DNA of 64,000 bases from Thermoanaerobaculia bacterium (GTDB lineage: Bacteria > Acidobacteriota > Thermoanaerobaculia > Multivoradales > JAGPDF01), in contig CAWBFZ010000010.1 of assembly GCA_963788175.1 (NCBI GenBank), positions 6,313 to 70,312 on the forward strand, given 5' to 3'. Positions 40,401 to 49,900 of this stretch are shown in pieces. The notes under the pieces are model-generated. The model saw only the letters and a program-made list of their open reading frames with translations, did no database searches and was not told where the DNA came from. The position numbers were made by a program, and so were the translations under genes. Numbering within the stretch: position 1 is the first letter of the stretch; every line of letters begins with the position of its first letter.

Positions 40401-42689
40401 GGCCGTCGGGCCTGCCCGAGCCGCTCGACCTCGGCGAACGCCGCCTCGGCGCCGGCGAGCTCGCCGCGCGTCTTGCCGCCCTTCTGCAGCAGGCCGATGC
40501 CGTAGTCGTTCCAGCGCTGCCACTCGGGGATCGCGGCGACTCCGGGTTCGCCTGCGCCGCTGCACTTCCCGATCGCGCTGCACGCGGGAAAGTGATGCGG
40601 TCGGTCGCCAGGGTCATGACCGGCAGGTCGTTCACGAACCCGGCGCCATAGACCATGGCGCATGTACTTCGTGTCGAACTTGCGGTAGCGCAGCGCCACC
40701 TCCACGGTGAGCGCTCCGCGCAGGTCGGGCGGCACGTTCAGCCGATAGTGGATGACATCGGCCGCGCCGGGCCCGATCTGGTGATCGTAGAGCGGCACGA
40801 AGATGTCCTGCGCGTTGCGGCGGTCGATTCGCCGGCCTTCGCGGTCGAGCACCCAGGCGTTCAGGAAGTGCGACCAGGGATCGACCTCGCCGCTCGGGGC
40901 CCGGCCGCCGCTCTTGCCGATCCGGCGGTCGCCGGCGGTCGCGGTGACCTCGAGCCAGACCTCGTTCGAGTCCGCCGTGCCCTGCGTGAAGTGGTGTCCG
41001 AGCTTCACCGTCCGCACCACCGTCTCGAGCAGGTAGCTCCGTCCCGGGGACGAGCGTCGGCACGCTGCGGCCGCAGGGGCGCCGTCGAGCGGGCCGTCGA
41101 TCGTGCCGCCCTCCTTGACGCCGAAGAGATCGACGCGCACCACGCCCTCGTTGAACGTCTCGTGCTCCTTCGACGATCTCCGCGCCAGTCCGGCTCTGCC
41201 GGCGAGCTTGGCGATCGCCGTGTTGGCCGAAGGGAAGAGGTGGTCGCGGATCGCGAGCGTCTTGCCGTCGTGGTACTTGGCGCCGAAGTCGTTCGAGGGC
41301 ACCGGCTTCATGTGACAGCCGTTGCAGTTGGCCTCGGCCTTCTCGGGGTAGTAGAAGGCGGCGACGCCGTGGCCCGAGACGCCCGAGAGCAGGAAAGAGT
41401 CGTAGTGGTTCTGGCCGCGCAGCCACTTGTACTTGTTGAGCTGCTGCGGCAGGTGCACCTTGTGGCAGGCGCCGCAGAACTCGGGCGTGCGGTGCAGCGG
41501 CTTGAGGAAGGTCTTCTTGTGGAACTCGGGCTTCGCCTTGATCAGCTGGCGGTTGACCCAGGCGAGCGTCCTGTTCTCGCTGAAGGCGAACGGGTAGTGC
41601 TGCGGCTCCTCGATGGTGTAGTCGGAGTTGCCGCGCGGCGAGTTGACGTGGGTGATCGCGTGGCAGGCCGGTGCAGGTGAGCCCGGCCTTGGCGGTCGGG
41701 TCGTTCACGTCGTCGAACTTCGGGTCGTCGAAGCGCCCGGAGAAGAAGACCACCGGATCGTGGCAGCCGGCGCAGAAGCGCGCCGCCTGCAGGTCGCCGT
41801 CGCGCTCGAGCGCGACCTTGCGCGTCTCGCGCACCGAGAACAGGTACGGCGGGTTGTTGAACGAGCTGAACCGGTGGGCGCTCTTCTGCCAGCGCGTGTG
41901 GGTGTCCTCGTGGCACTCGGCGCAGTAGGCGTTGTTGTCGAGGACGCGGGCGGGGATGAACCCGCCCGGTCGACGGTCCGGGCCAGCGACGGCGGAGAAG
42001 TAGCGCTCGCCGCTCGCCGGGCCGGACTCATGTTCCAGCGCCGCGGATCCTGCGCCTGGACGACGAGGAGCGCACCGGCGAAGAGCGCCGCCACCACCGC
42101 CCACCGCCGGCCGACCGCCCAGCGGATCTGCTTGCCCGCCAGCCGGTGCAGGACGAAGAGCCAGACGACCGCCGACCGGCACGAGAACGTGCACCCACCA
42201 GGCGACCGCGCGCACGGTCGGATCCTTGACCACGATCACCCCTTCGAGCCGCGTGAGCACGACGCCGCTCGCGAGCAGCAGCAGGACCGGCGGTGAACAG
42301 CGCGTAGCCCACCGCCACGGCGCGCCGATTCGGACGCGTCCGCGCCCGCCACCAGTGGACGCAGCCGAAGCCGACCGCCGGCAGCAGCAGCAGCGCGCCG
42401 AGCACGAGGTGCAGCAGGAAGAGGATGAGGTAGAACCAGTTCTGGTAGGTCTGCCCGGTCGCCGCCTCGAGGCCGCGCACCCCGAGCAGGTAGACCGAGT
42501 CGACGACCAGCAGGGCGAAGAGGCCGAAGACCGACGAACAGCAGCTTCGCGAGCCGCGGCCCGACGGCCGGCACGTAGCGCCGCTTCGCCGGCGGACCGG
42601 CCGGTGGCATCGCGGGACCGCCGGCGGGCGGGAGAAGGCCTTCGGGCATCGGCCGCCGAGCCTAGCAGGCCCGGACAGCAGCGGGGCAT
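40400..42689 (-). pseudogene. Membrane-anchored multiheme c-type cytochrome (at least 5 CxxCH) with a TPR-like C-terminus; multiple frameshifts
   Basis: Minus-strand frames contain CAECHEDTH, CAGCHDP, CTG(C), CGACHK (reconstructed across a shift) and CNGCHMKP, plus N-terminal hydrophobic segments (ORF 42028..42480). Continuity requires at least 3 frame changes, and the 3' boundary with the next gene is unclear. Confidence 0.5.
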
Positions 42690-42777
42690 TGACAGGCCGG
42701 GGAGGGCCTGTTACGGTCCGCGCTCAAGAATTCGAATCGACCGCCTGAAACCAGTTTCAGGCGAAAGGGAGAAATCG

Positions 42778-43371
42778 ATGAAGATCCGTTTGGTTTTGTT
42801 CGCAGTGCTTGGCATCGCCCTCATGGCGAGCCCGGTTGCCCAGGCGGCGGTGACCCACAGCTCCGCGCCGAACGCCCCGGTGTCTCCCGACAACGGTTGC
42901 CTCGATGACACCGCCGGCACCGGCCTGGGCGGCATCACCGATGTGATCGCCTTCGTCGAAGCCGGCACGATCTCCGACGTCAACGTCCGCGTCGAGTTCA
43001 CGCAGACCTGGCGCGGCGACATCCAGACGGCGCTCACTTACACCGGCGGCGGCGGCGCCGTCGTTCTGGCCAACAACCACGGCGGCTCGGCCGACAACTA
43101 CTACGCGACCTTCGACAGTGACGCCGCCTTCCTGTGCTCCGATGCCACCTCGGGGTGCGGCGCCGCTGCCAACTGTGCCGCCGCGCCCGGACCGACCTGC
43201 CAGCCGAACCAGACGCTGAATGCCTACGACGGCCTCACCAGCCCGGGCACCTGGACCCTGACGACCTGCGACCGCGCGACCGGCGACACTGGGAACCTGG
43301 TTGCCTGGGAGGTCACCGTCGACGGTGACGGCGGCCTGCCGGTCGATCTGCAGGGCTTCTCGGTCAACTGA
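42778..43371 (+). CDS. Secreted standalone proprotein-convertase P-domain-like protein
   Basis: ATG 42778 follows AAAGGGAGA. The signal peptide is MKIRLVLFAVLGIALMASPVAQA. VNVRVEFTQTWRGDIQTALTYTGGG...GTWTLTTCDRATGDTGNLVAWEVTV matches the P-domain pattern (xVxVxIxHxxxGDLxIxLxSPxG...GxWxLxVxDxxxxDxGxLxxWxLxI). Confidence 0.6.
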   Translation: MKIRLVLFAVLGIALMASPVAQAAVTHSSAPNAPVSPDNGCLDDTAGTGLGGITDVIAFVEAGTISDVNVRVEFTQTWRGDIQTALTYTGGGGAVVLANNHGGSADNYYATFDSDAAFLCSDATSGCGAAANCAAAPGPTCQPNQTLNAYDGLTSPGTWTLTTCDRATGDTGNLVAWEVTVDGDGGLPVDLQGFSVN

Positions 43372-43373
43372 GC

Positions 43374-44912
43374 TTGGCCCGAACTCCGCTGCGATCCTGC
43401 AAGCGGTGCGCAAAAGGGCGGCCTCTGGCCGCCCTTTTCGTTGTCGGAGCGACGCTCGCCTCCGCCGCTCCCGCCACCCTCGCCACCCTCGCTACCGACG
43501 CGCCGCTGGTCGCGCGCTGGCGCGGCGGCGAGCTCACGCTCGCCCGCTTCCACGACCACTACGATCCCCAGGGCACGGCGCTCCTCGCCGGGGGCGATCG
43601 GCTCCGCACCGAGGTTGCCAAGGCGGTCTTCCGCGAGATCGAAGGTCCCCGGGCGCTCGCCCTCGGGCTCGACCGCGACCCGGCCGTTCTCGCCGACCTC
43701 GCCGCCTGGCGGACGCGCCAGTTGGCGGGGCTCGCGCGCCGCGCGCTCGCTCCCGCGAGCGCTCCGACGCCGGAAGAGATTGCCGCCGCCTGGTCCGCGC
43801 GCGCGCAGGAGATCCTGCCGCCGGTCGCCGAGGTCGACATCGACGTCCTCTTCGTGCGCTGCCCGTTGCGGGCGAGCGCGCGCCCGGCTTGCGCCGAGCA
43901 ACTCCGCGGCCTGCTCGCCCGGCTCGCCCGGGGCGAGCCGTTCGCCACCGTCGCAGCGGAAGAGCAGGAGCGCTCCGGGCCGGCCAACGGCAGCTTCAAC
44001 AAGGTGGCGCTCGGCAGTCTGATGAGCGATCTCGCGGCGGCGGCCGCGACGCTCCCGGTCGGCGAGCTCTCCGGCCCCCTGCCCTCGCCGAATGCTCTCT
44101 TCGCGCTGCGCGTCCTGCGGCGCGGCGAGCGCCCGCTGCCGGCGCTCGCCGCGGTCGAACCCCTGGTGCGCAAGTTTCTGCTCGGCGAGCGCGAGCGCAC
44201 CGCGGTCGCCGCCCTGCCGCTACCCAACGGGCAGGAGGACACACCGGAGAGTCGGCTCGCCGCCTACGCTGCGGCCGCCGGCCTCGATCACAGCGCGAGC
44301 TTTCTGGCCGACGAGGAGCGCCAGCGCGGCTGGCTGCTCGCCGACGCCGCCTTCCTGCGCGATCCCGAGCAGGCCCCGCCACCCGAAGCGATCCGCGCCG
44401 CGATCGCTGCCGAGCCCGCCCGCTGGCGGCGAGCTCACTTCGACCTGGCCGTGGTGGACGCGCGCGGCGACCACGCGACCGGCCTCGCGACCGCCGCCCG
44501 GGCGGCGGATCGACTCGCCGGGTCCGCGGACGCCGCGCAGACTTTCGCCGCCCTCCCTGCCCTCGAGCCGGCAGTCGCCCTGCGTACTTTCGCCGCGGTC
44601 GATCTCGCGACCCTCGACCCGCTGCTCGCCGCCACGGTCGGCAAGCTTCAGCCGGGCGAATGGGGCGGGCCGGTGCCCCTGGCGCATCTCGACGGCGGCC
44701 AGGTCGAGCGCCACCGTGCCTCGTCCGGCGGTGCGACGGGTGCCGACTACGCCGGCCTGGCGCTCGTGCTGCTGCGCTCCTGGGCGCCGGCAGACGAGGC
44801 CGCAGTGGCGACAGCGCAGCGGCGCGAGGCCCGGGCGCAGATGGGCTCGAGCAGCGCTGCCTTCATGACGCAGTTCGGCGAGGCGCGCGGCGTCGAGATC
44901 CTCGTGCCGTGA
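43374..44912 (+). CDS. Periplasmic parvulin-type peptidyl-prolyl isomerase / SurA-like chaperone (TTG start directly after the upstream stop)
   Basis: The signal-like N-terminus is MARTPLRSCKRCAKGRPLAALFVVGATLASAAPATLA. The parvulin-like segment is DVLFVRC...LARGEPFATVAAEEQERSGPANGSFNKVALGSLMSDLAAAAATLPVGELSGP. The domain assignment is moderate only. Confidence 0.5.
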   Translation: MARTPLRSCKRCAKGRPLAALFVVGATLASAAPATLATLATDAPLVARWRGGELTLARFHDHYDPQGTALLAGGDRLRTEVAKAVFREIEGPRALALGLDRDPAVLADLAAWRTRQLAGLARRALAPASAPTPEEIAAAWSARAQEILPPVAEVDIDVLFVRCPLRASARPACAEQLRGLLARLARGEPFATVAAEEQERSGPANGSFNKVALGSLMSDLAAAAATLPVGELSGPLPSPNALFALRVLRRGERPLPALAAVEPLVRKFLLGERERTAVAALPLPNGQEDTPESRLAAYAAAAGLDHSASFLADEERQRGWLLADAAFLRDPEQAPPPEAIRAAIAAEPARWRRAHFDLAVVDARGDHATGLATAARAADRLAGSADAAQTFAALPALEPAVALRTFAAVDLATLDPLLAATVGKLQPGEWGGPVPLAHLDGGQVERHRASSGGATGADYAGLALVLLRSWAPADEAAVATAQRREARAQMGSSSAAFMTQFGEARGVEILVP

Positions 44913-47900
44913 ACGCCGGCCAGCGCGGGCCTCTCGCCGCGACGCTGGTGGGCGCCGCCCTGTGGGCGGCATCGCCGACCTTCGCCACCGACCCTCCCCT
45001 CGTCGAGGTCGCGGCCGCGGCCGGGCTCGACTTCCGCCACTGGAACGGACGGACCGGTCGCCTCTACGACGCCGAAGTGTTGGCGCCGGGGCTCGCGCTC
45101 TTCGATTACGACGGCGACCAGGACCTCGATCTGCTGGTGCTGCAGGGGAATCGCCTCGATCTCCAGGGCAAGCCTCTCGATCCGCCTCCGCGCCTCTCCG
45201 ACGGCGCGCCGCGCGGCGCCGTGCTCTACGCCAATCGCGGCAACGAGAACGGCATCCCGCGCTTCGTCGACGTCACCGCGCAGAGCGGCCTCGACGAGCG
45301 CGGCTATGGCATGGGCCTGGCGACCGGTGACATCGACAACGACGGGCACGTCGATCTTCTGGCGACCCGGCTCGACGGCGCCACCCTGTGGCGCAACCGC
45401 GGCGACGGCACCTTCGCCGACGAGAGTGCGGCGCGCGGTCTCGCCGTCACCGGCTGGGCGACCAGCGCGACCTTTTTCGATGCCGACCGCGACGGCTGGC
45501 TCGACCTCTACGTCGCGCGCTACGTCGACTGGAGCCCGGCGCTCGATCGCGTCTGCTTCGACTCGAGCTCGCGGCCGGACTACTGCGGCCCGCTCTCCTA
45601 CCGCCCGCTGCCTGACCTCTATTTCCACAACCGCGGCGACGGTACCTTCGAGGACGCGAGCGCGGCGAGCGGCATCGGCGGGAGAGCGGCGGCCGGGCTC
45701 GGCGTCGCCGCCGCCGATCTCGATCGTGACGGCTGGCAGGACCTCTACGTCGCCAACGACGCGACAGCCAATTTCTTCTGGCGCAATCGCGGCGACGGCA
45801 CCTTCGAGGAGGTCGCGGTCGAGCGCGGTTGCGCCTACGACCTTTCCGGGGTGGCCGAGGCCGGGATGGGGCTGGCGATCGCCGACCTCGACGGCGACCG
45901 CGACGAGGATCTGCTCGTCACCAACCTCGTGGGGGAGAGCATCACCCTGTACACCAACAGCAGCGACGGCTGGTTCGAGGACCGCACCCTGCGCGCCGGC
46001 CTCGGCGCGTCGAGCCTCCCATTCACCAGCTTCGGGACGGCGGTCTTCGATCTGGGCAACGACGGCCTGCCGGACATCGTGGTGGCCAACGGAGACATTC
46101 GCCTGCTGCCGGCGCGCCTCGCCGCCGGCGATCCGTTTCCGCTCGGGCAGCAGAACCTGCTCTACCGCGGGCTGGGCGGCGGACGCTTCCGGGCGCTGCC
46201 GCCCGCCGCGGTGCCGGGACTCGCCGCCGTCGAGGTCAGCCGCGGCGTCGGGTTGGGCGATCTCGACGGCGACGGCGCGCAGGACGTCGTGATCGCCAAC
46301 AACAACGGTCCGCTGCGCGCCCTCCTCGACCGCAGCCCGAACCGCGGGCACTGGCTCGGCCTGCGGCTGCGGACGAACCGGCGCGATGCCCTCGGCGCGC
46401 GGGTCTTCGTCCATACCGGCGACGGCCAGGGACACCTCGGGCGCGCGCACAGCGACGGCAGCTACCTCTCGGCGAGCGATCCGCGGGTCTGGATCGGGCT
46501 CGGCGCCACCACGACCCTGGGCGAGCTCTGGGTGCGCTGGCCGTCCGGTGAAGCCGAGCGCTTTCCACCGCCGCGGGTCGATCGCGTCGTCGGGCTCGAA
46601 CGTGGGCGCGGCCGAGCCCTCGCGGTGGCCGAGTTCGAAGCGACGCTTTCCGCGCAGCCAACGGCGGCGGGAGGCGCGCCATCGCCCGGCCGGTCCGCGG
46701 CACTGGCAGCGCCCGCGACGCCGCTACCGCCCACCGCAACGCCGGACCACGCCCTGGAGGGTGTCGAGCTCCCCGACCTCTCCGACCTCGAGCCGGTCGT
46801 CCGGCGGACGCTCGAGGCCGCCCTCCTTGCCGCGCAGTCGAGCTCGCCGGCCGAGGCCACCCCGGCCTGGGGCGACCTCGGTCGCGAGCTCCACGGCCAT
46901 GGCTTCCTGCCCCAGGCCGCAATCGCCTACCGCAACGCCGAGCGCTTCGATCCGCGCTCGGCGCGCTGGCCTTACCTGCAGGGCCTGGCGGCCCAGACCG
47001 CCGGCGACCTCGCCGCCGCGCGCCCGGCGTTCGCACGCGCCTGCGAGCTCGCGCCGGCCGCGCCCTGGCCGCGGATCCAACTGGCTTCTCTCCGGCGCCA
47101 GGAGGGCGACTTCACCGGCCTCGACGACCTCCTCCTGCCGGTGGTCGACGACACCACGCTGCCGCGCGGCCTGCGCGCCCTGGCGGCGGCGATGCGGGCG
47201 GAGGCGGCGCGCCTCGAGGAGCGGCTGCCGGCGGCGATCGCCGCCTATCGCCAGGCACTCGATCTCGAACCCGAAGCGAGCGCGCTGCGCGCCCCGCTCG
47301 CGCAGCTGCTGCGGCAATCGGGTGACCTCGAAGGAGCCGCACGCGAGCGCGCGCTCGCCGGGAATCGCCGGCCACAGGCGGTCGATCCCGAGGCGGAGGC
47401 GCTGGAGAGCCTCGACCGCAGCGGCGCCGGGTTCGCGCGCCGCGGCCAGGAGGCCCTGCGGCGCGGCGACGACCCGGCGGCGCTCACGGCGCTCCGCGAG
47501 GCGCACCGGATGTTGCCCGGGAATGCCGGCGTGGCGGTGAACCTGGCCGTCGCCCTGCAGCATCTCGATCAGCCCGACGCCGCGCGCGCCGTGCTCACCG
47601 AGGCGCTCGCCGCCGATCCGCAGCAGCCGATGGCGAACTTCAATCTCGGCGTACTCGAGGCCGCCGCCGGCCGCGATCGCGCCGCCATCGCCGCCTACGA
47701 AACCGCCCTGCGTTCCGACCCGCGGCTTCTCGACGCGCGCTTCAACCTCGCCAACGCCCACTGGCGGCTGGGCGAAGACGCAGCGGCGATCGCCGCCTGG
47801 CGCGCAGTGCTCGCCGGCGATCCCCTGAGAAGTGACGCTCGCAGCGCCCTCGTGCGCGTTCTCGCGGCAGCGCAGGACCGCGCCGGGGCGCTGGCGCTCG

Positions 47901-48295
47901 CCGCAGAGGGGCTCCACCTTGCCCCCTCCGACCCCGACCGGATGGAGGAGGTCGCGCGGCTGCTCGCCACCGCCACCGCCGACGCCGGCGGCGATTCCGC
48001 CCGCGCCCTGAAGCTCGCCGAAGCCTGTCTCGCTGCCTCGCGGACCCTCGACCACGTCGAGACGGCGGCGATGGCGTACGCCGCCGCCGGGAGATTTCTC
48101 GACGCGGCGCGCTGGCAGCAAGCCGCCGTGCGCGTGGCCGAGGAGGCCGGCGCCACCGACCGCCGGGACGAGCTCGCCGGGGTTCTGGCGCGCTATCTCG
48201 CCGGGCAGACCGCAGCCGCTCCCTGGCCCGGGCGGCCCAAGGTCAGGAACGCCGGGCGGCTCCCGGGCGCCCACGACGCACCCACCGAGCCCTGA
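44909..48295 (+). CDS. CRTAC1/ASPIC-UnbV family protein (FG-GAP/VCBS repeats) with C-terminal TPR repeats; GTG start overlapping the upstream stop (GTGA)
   Basis: Repeated motifs FDYDGDQDLDLLV, GDIDNDGHVDLLATRLDGATLWRNRGDGTF, ADLDRDGWQDLYVANDATANFFWRNRGDGTFEE, DLDGDRDEDLLVTN and GDLDGDGAQDVVIANNNGP. The ASPIC-like segment is NRGHWLGLRLRTNRRDALGARVFVHTGDGQGHLGRAHSDGSYLSASDPRVWIGLG...LWVRWPSGEAERF. The C-terminal about 480 aa are TPR-like. The frame is uninterrupted, 1128 aa. Confidence 0.8.
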   Translation: MNAGQRGPLAATLVGAALWAASPTFATDPPLVEVAAAAGLDFRHWNGRTGRLYDAEVLAPGLALFDYDGDQDLDLLVLQGNRLDLQGKPLDPPPRLSDGAPRGAVLYANRGNENGIPRFVDVTAQSGLDERGYGMGLATGDIDNDGHVDLLATRLDGATLWRNRGDGTFADESAARGLAVTGWATSATFFDADRDGWLDLYVARYVDWSPALDRVCFDSSSRPDYCGPLSYRPLPDLYFHNRGDGTFEDASAASGIGGRAAAGLGVAAADLDRDGWQDLYVANDATANFFWRNRGDGTFEEVAVERGCAYDLSGVAEAGMGLAIADLDGDRDEDLLVTNLVGESITLYTNSSDGWFEDRTLRAGLGASSLPFTSFGTAVFDLGNDGLPDIVVANGDIRLLPARLAAGDPFPLGQQNLLYRGLGGGRFRALPPAAVPGLAAVEVSRGVGLGDLDGDGAQDVVIANNNGPLRALLDRSPNRGHWLGLRLRTNRRDALGARVFVHTGDGQGHLGRAHSDGSYLSASDPRVWIGLGATTTLGELWVRWPSGEAERFPPPRVDRVVGLERGRGRALAVAEFEATLSAQPTAAGGAPSPGRSAALAAPATPLPPTATPDHALEGVELPDLSDLEPVVRRTLEAALLAAQSSSPAEATPAWGDLGRELHGHGFLPQAAIAYRNAERFDPRSARWPYLQGLAAQTAGDLAAARPAFARACELAPAAPWPRIQLASLRRQEGDFTGLDDLLLPVVDDTTLPRGLRALAAAMRAEAARLEERLPAAIAAYRQALDLEPEASALRAPLAQLLRQSGDLEGAARERALAGNRRPQAVDPEAEALESLDRSGAGFARRGQEALRRGDDPAALTALREAHRMLPGNAGVAVNLAVALQHLDQPDAARAVLTEALAADPQQPMANFNLGVLEAAAGRDRAAIAAYETALRSDPRLLDARFNLANAHWRLGEDAAAIAAWRAVLAGDPLRSDARSALVRVLAAAQDRAGALALAAEGLHLAPSDPDRMEEVARLLATATADAGGDSARALKLAEACLAASRTLDHVETAAMAYAAAGRFLDAARWQQAAVRVAEEAGATDRRDELAGVLARYLAGQTAAAPWPGRPKVRNAGRLPGAHDAPTEP

Positions 48296-48535
48296 TCGGC
48301 CGGCGCACGAGGGCGGTGCGAAGAGCCGCCCGAAGAGCCGGTGCCGCGGCTGGGGCGAGGGTCCGCGATTGCCCCTTCGGGTAACCGTCCGAGGAGGTGG
48401 GCCAACGAACTGCGTTCCTGTCTATACTCGCAGCCAAAGCACCGGTCGGAGTTGGCGCAGCGCGAACGCGAGGTACGAGCCGGCGCCCACGAGCGGCAGC
48501 GGACGGGCTTCGTCACGGAACGGTGAGGAGCGTCG

Positions 48536-49225
48536 ATGAGCGCGCAGTCGGGTCCGGAGTCCAACTCGCTGGTCCGTCGGATGCGGCGGCTCGAGTGGTT
48601 CCTCTTCGGCATCGGCGCCGTCCTGGTTCTCCTCTTCGCCGGCGCGCGACTCCACAGCGCCGTCTCACAACAGCTGCAGCTCGCCGCCTTCGACCTGGCG
48701 CGCGACGCCCAGGGCGGCGCAGCCCCGACACAACCGCTGGACCAGACTCTCTGGGCCGAGGGCCGGATCTCGAAGTACCGGGAGAGCCTGAGCCGCGCCT
48801 TCGCGCCCCCCCTCGCCGTGCTGCGGATTCCGAAGATCGGCCTCGAGGTGCCGGTGCTCCCCGGAACCGACGAGCTCACCCTCAACCGCGCCGTCGGCAC
48901 CATCCCCGGCACCGCCATCCCGGGCGAACCGGGCAACGTCGGCATCGCCGGCCACCGCGACGGCTTCTTCCGCGGCCTCAAGGACATCGCGACCGGTGAC
49001 CGACTCGCGCTCGAGACCCTTGCCGGCAAGCTGGAGTACCAGGTGACCTCGATCCAGATCGTCGATCCCACCGCAGTCGAGGTGCTGGCGCCAACCGCCG
49101 GGCCGGCGCTCACCCTCGTGACCTGCTACCCGTTCTATTTCGTCGGCAACGCCCCGCAGCGTTTTATCGTCCGGGCAGAGGCCCTGTCTTCTCTCGGAAC
49201 CACCGAAGTGAGGCAAGACCGATAG
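48536..49225 (+). CDS. Sortase-family transpeptidase with an N-terminal membrane anchor
   Basis: The TM segment is WFLFGIGAVLVLLFAGA. The catalytic His is in NVGIAGHRDG, TLVTCYPF matches the TLxTC active-site Cys motif, and the Arg is in RFIVRAE. Confidence 0.8.
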   Translation: MSAQSGPESNSLVRRMRRLEWFLFGIGAVLVLLFAGARLHSAVSQQLQLAAFDLARDAQGGAAPTQPLDQTLWAEGRISKYRESLSRAFAPPLAVLRIPKIGLEVPVLPGTDELTLNRAVGTIPGTAIPGEPGNVGIAGHRDGFFRGLKDIATGDRLALETLAGKLEYQVTSIQIVDPTAVEVLAPTAGPALTLVTCYPFYFVGNAPQRFIVRAEALSSLGTTEVRQDR

Positions 49226-49272
49226 TCGGTGCCTGGCTTCGATCCACCCGCAGTTCAATGGAGGAATCAGCG

Positions 49273-49830
49273 ATGATCAGAAATACGAAGCTCATGATCG
49301 TGGCAGTGGCCGTCCTGGCGCTCCTGGCGCCGGTCGCGACTGCGATCGCGCAGACGACCCAGGTGACCGAAACGGCGACGCTCGAGGTCATCAAGGTGAT
49401 CGGCAAGCTGGCTGGAAGTTCCGGCCACACGATCATCATCCAGAACCTCAAGACCAGGGAGTTCCACAAGTACAGCGAGGTTCCGCCAAATGTCGTCCTG
49501 ATGCTGAACGGCAAGCCGGCCCAGTTGACGGACCTCAAGAAGGGCATGAAGTTCCAGGCGATTCGAATGGAGGGCGTCCAGGAGACGACGGTCTCGCAGG
49601 CGGAAGTGGCCGCCATGGTCGAGGAAGCCCCGGCTCCGGCTCCGGCTCCCGCGCCGGCCCCGGCTCCCGCACCCGCTCCGGCCCCCGCCCCGGCCCCGGC
49701 TCCCGCCCCGGCCCCGGCTCCCGCCGAGTTGCCGCACACGGCTTCGAATCTGCCGCTCGTCGGCCTCACCGGGTTGGCGTTCCTGCTCGCCGGCGCGGTC
49801 GTTGCCGGTCTGCGCCGCCGCAGCAACTGA
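49273..49830 (+). CDS. Secreted sortase substrate: unknown N-terminal domain, (AP)12 linker, LPHTAS sorting signal + TM + RRRSN
   Basis: GGAGGA lies 7 nt before ATG 49273. The signal peptide is MIRNTKLMIVAVAVLALLAPVATAIAQ. The C-terminus ...APAELPHTASNLPLVGLTGLAFLLAGAVVAGLRRRSN is an LPXTG-like (LPxTA/S) sorting signal. The gene is immediately downstream of the sortase. Confidence 0.7.
   Translation: MIRNTKLMIVAVAVLALLAPVATAIAQTTQVTETATLEVIKVIGKLAGSSGHTIIIQNLKTREFHKYSEVPPNVVLMLNGKPAQLTDLKKGMKFQAIRMEGVQETTVSQAEVAAMVEEAPAPAPAPAPAPAPAPAPAPAPAPAPAPAPAPAELPHTASNLPLVGLTGLAFLLAGAVVAGLRRRSN
49627..49725 (+). repeat. Coding dinucleotide-codon tandem repeat (GCN CCG)n encoding (Ala-Pro)x~16
   Basis: gccccggctccggctccggctcccgcgccggccccggctcccgcacccgctccggcccccgccccggccccggctcccgccccggccccggctcccgcc is an imperfect GC-rich hexanucleotide repeat. 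Confidence 0.8.
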
Positions 49831-49900
49831 CGCAGTCAGGACCCGGATCCCGTCGCCCAGGTCCTCTGGGCGGCGGGCCTTCGGGCTCGCAGCGAACCCC

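Noticed and set aside
43411-43441. GC-rich hairpin GGGCGGCC-tctg-GGCCGCCC followed by TTTTCG, resembling a Rho-independent terminator 40 nt after the P-domain gene
   Set aside because: It lies inside the most plausible signal-peptide-coding region of the next gene (KGRPLAALFVV). No in-frame start exists downstream until about 43730, so treating it as a terminator would truncate a good signal peptide. It is left as ambiguous.
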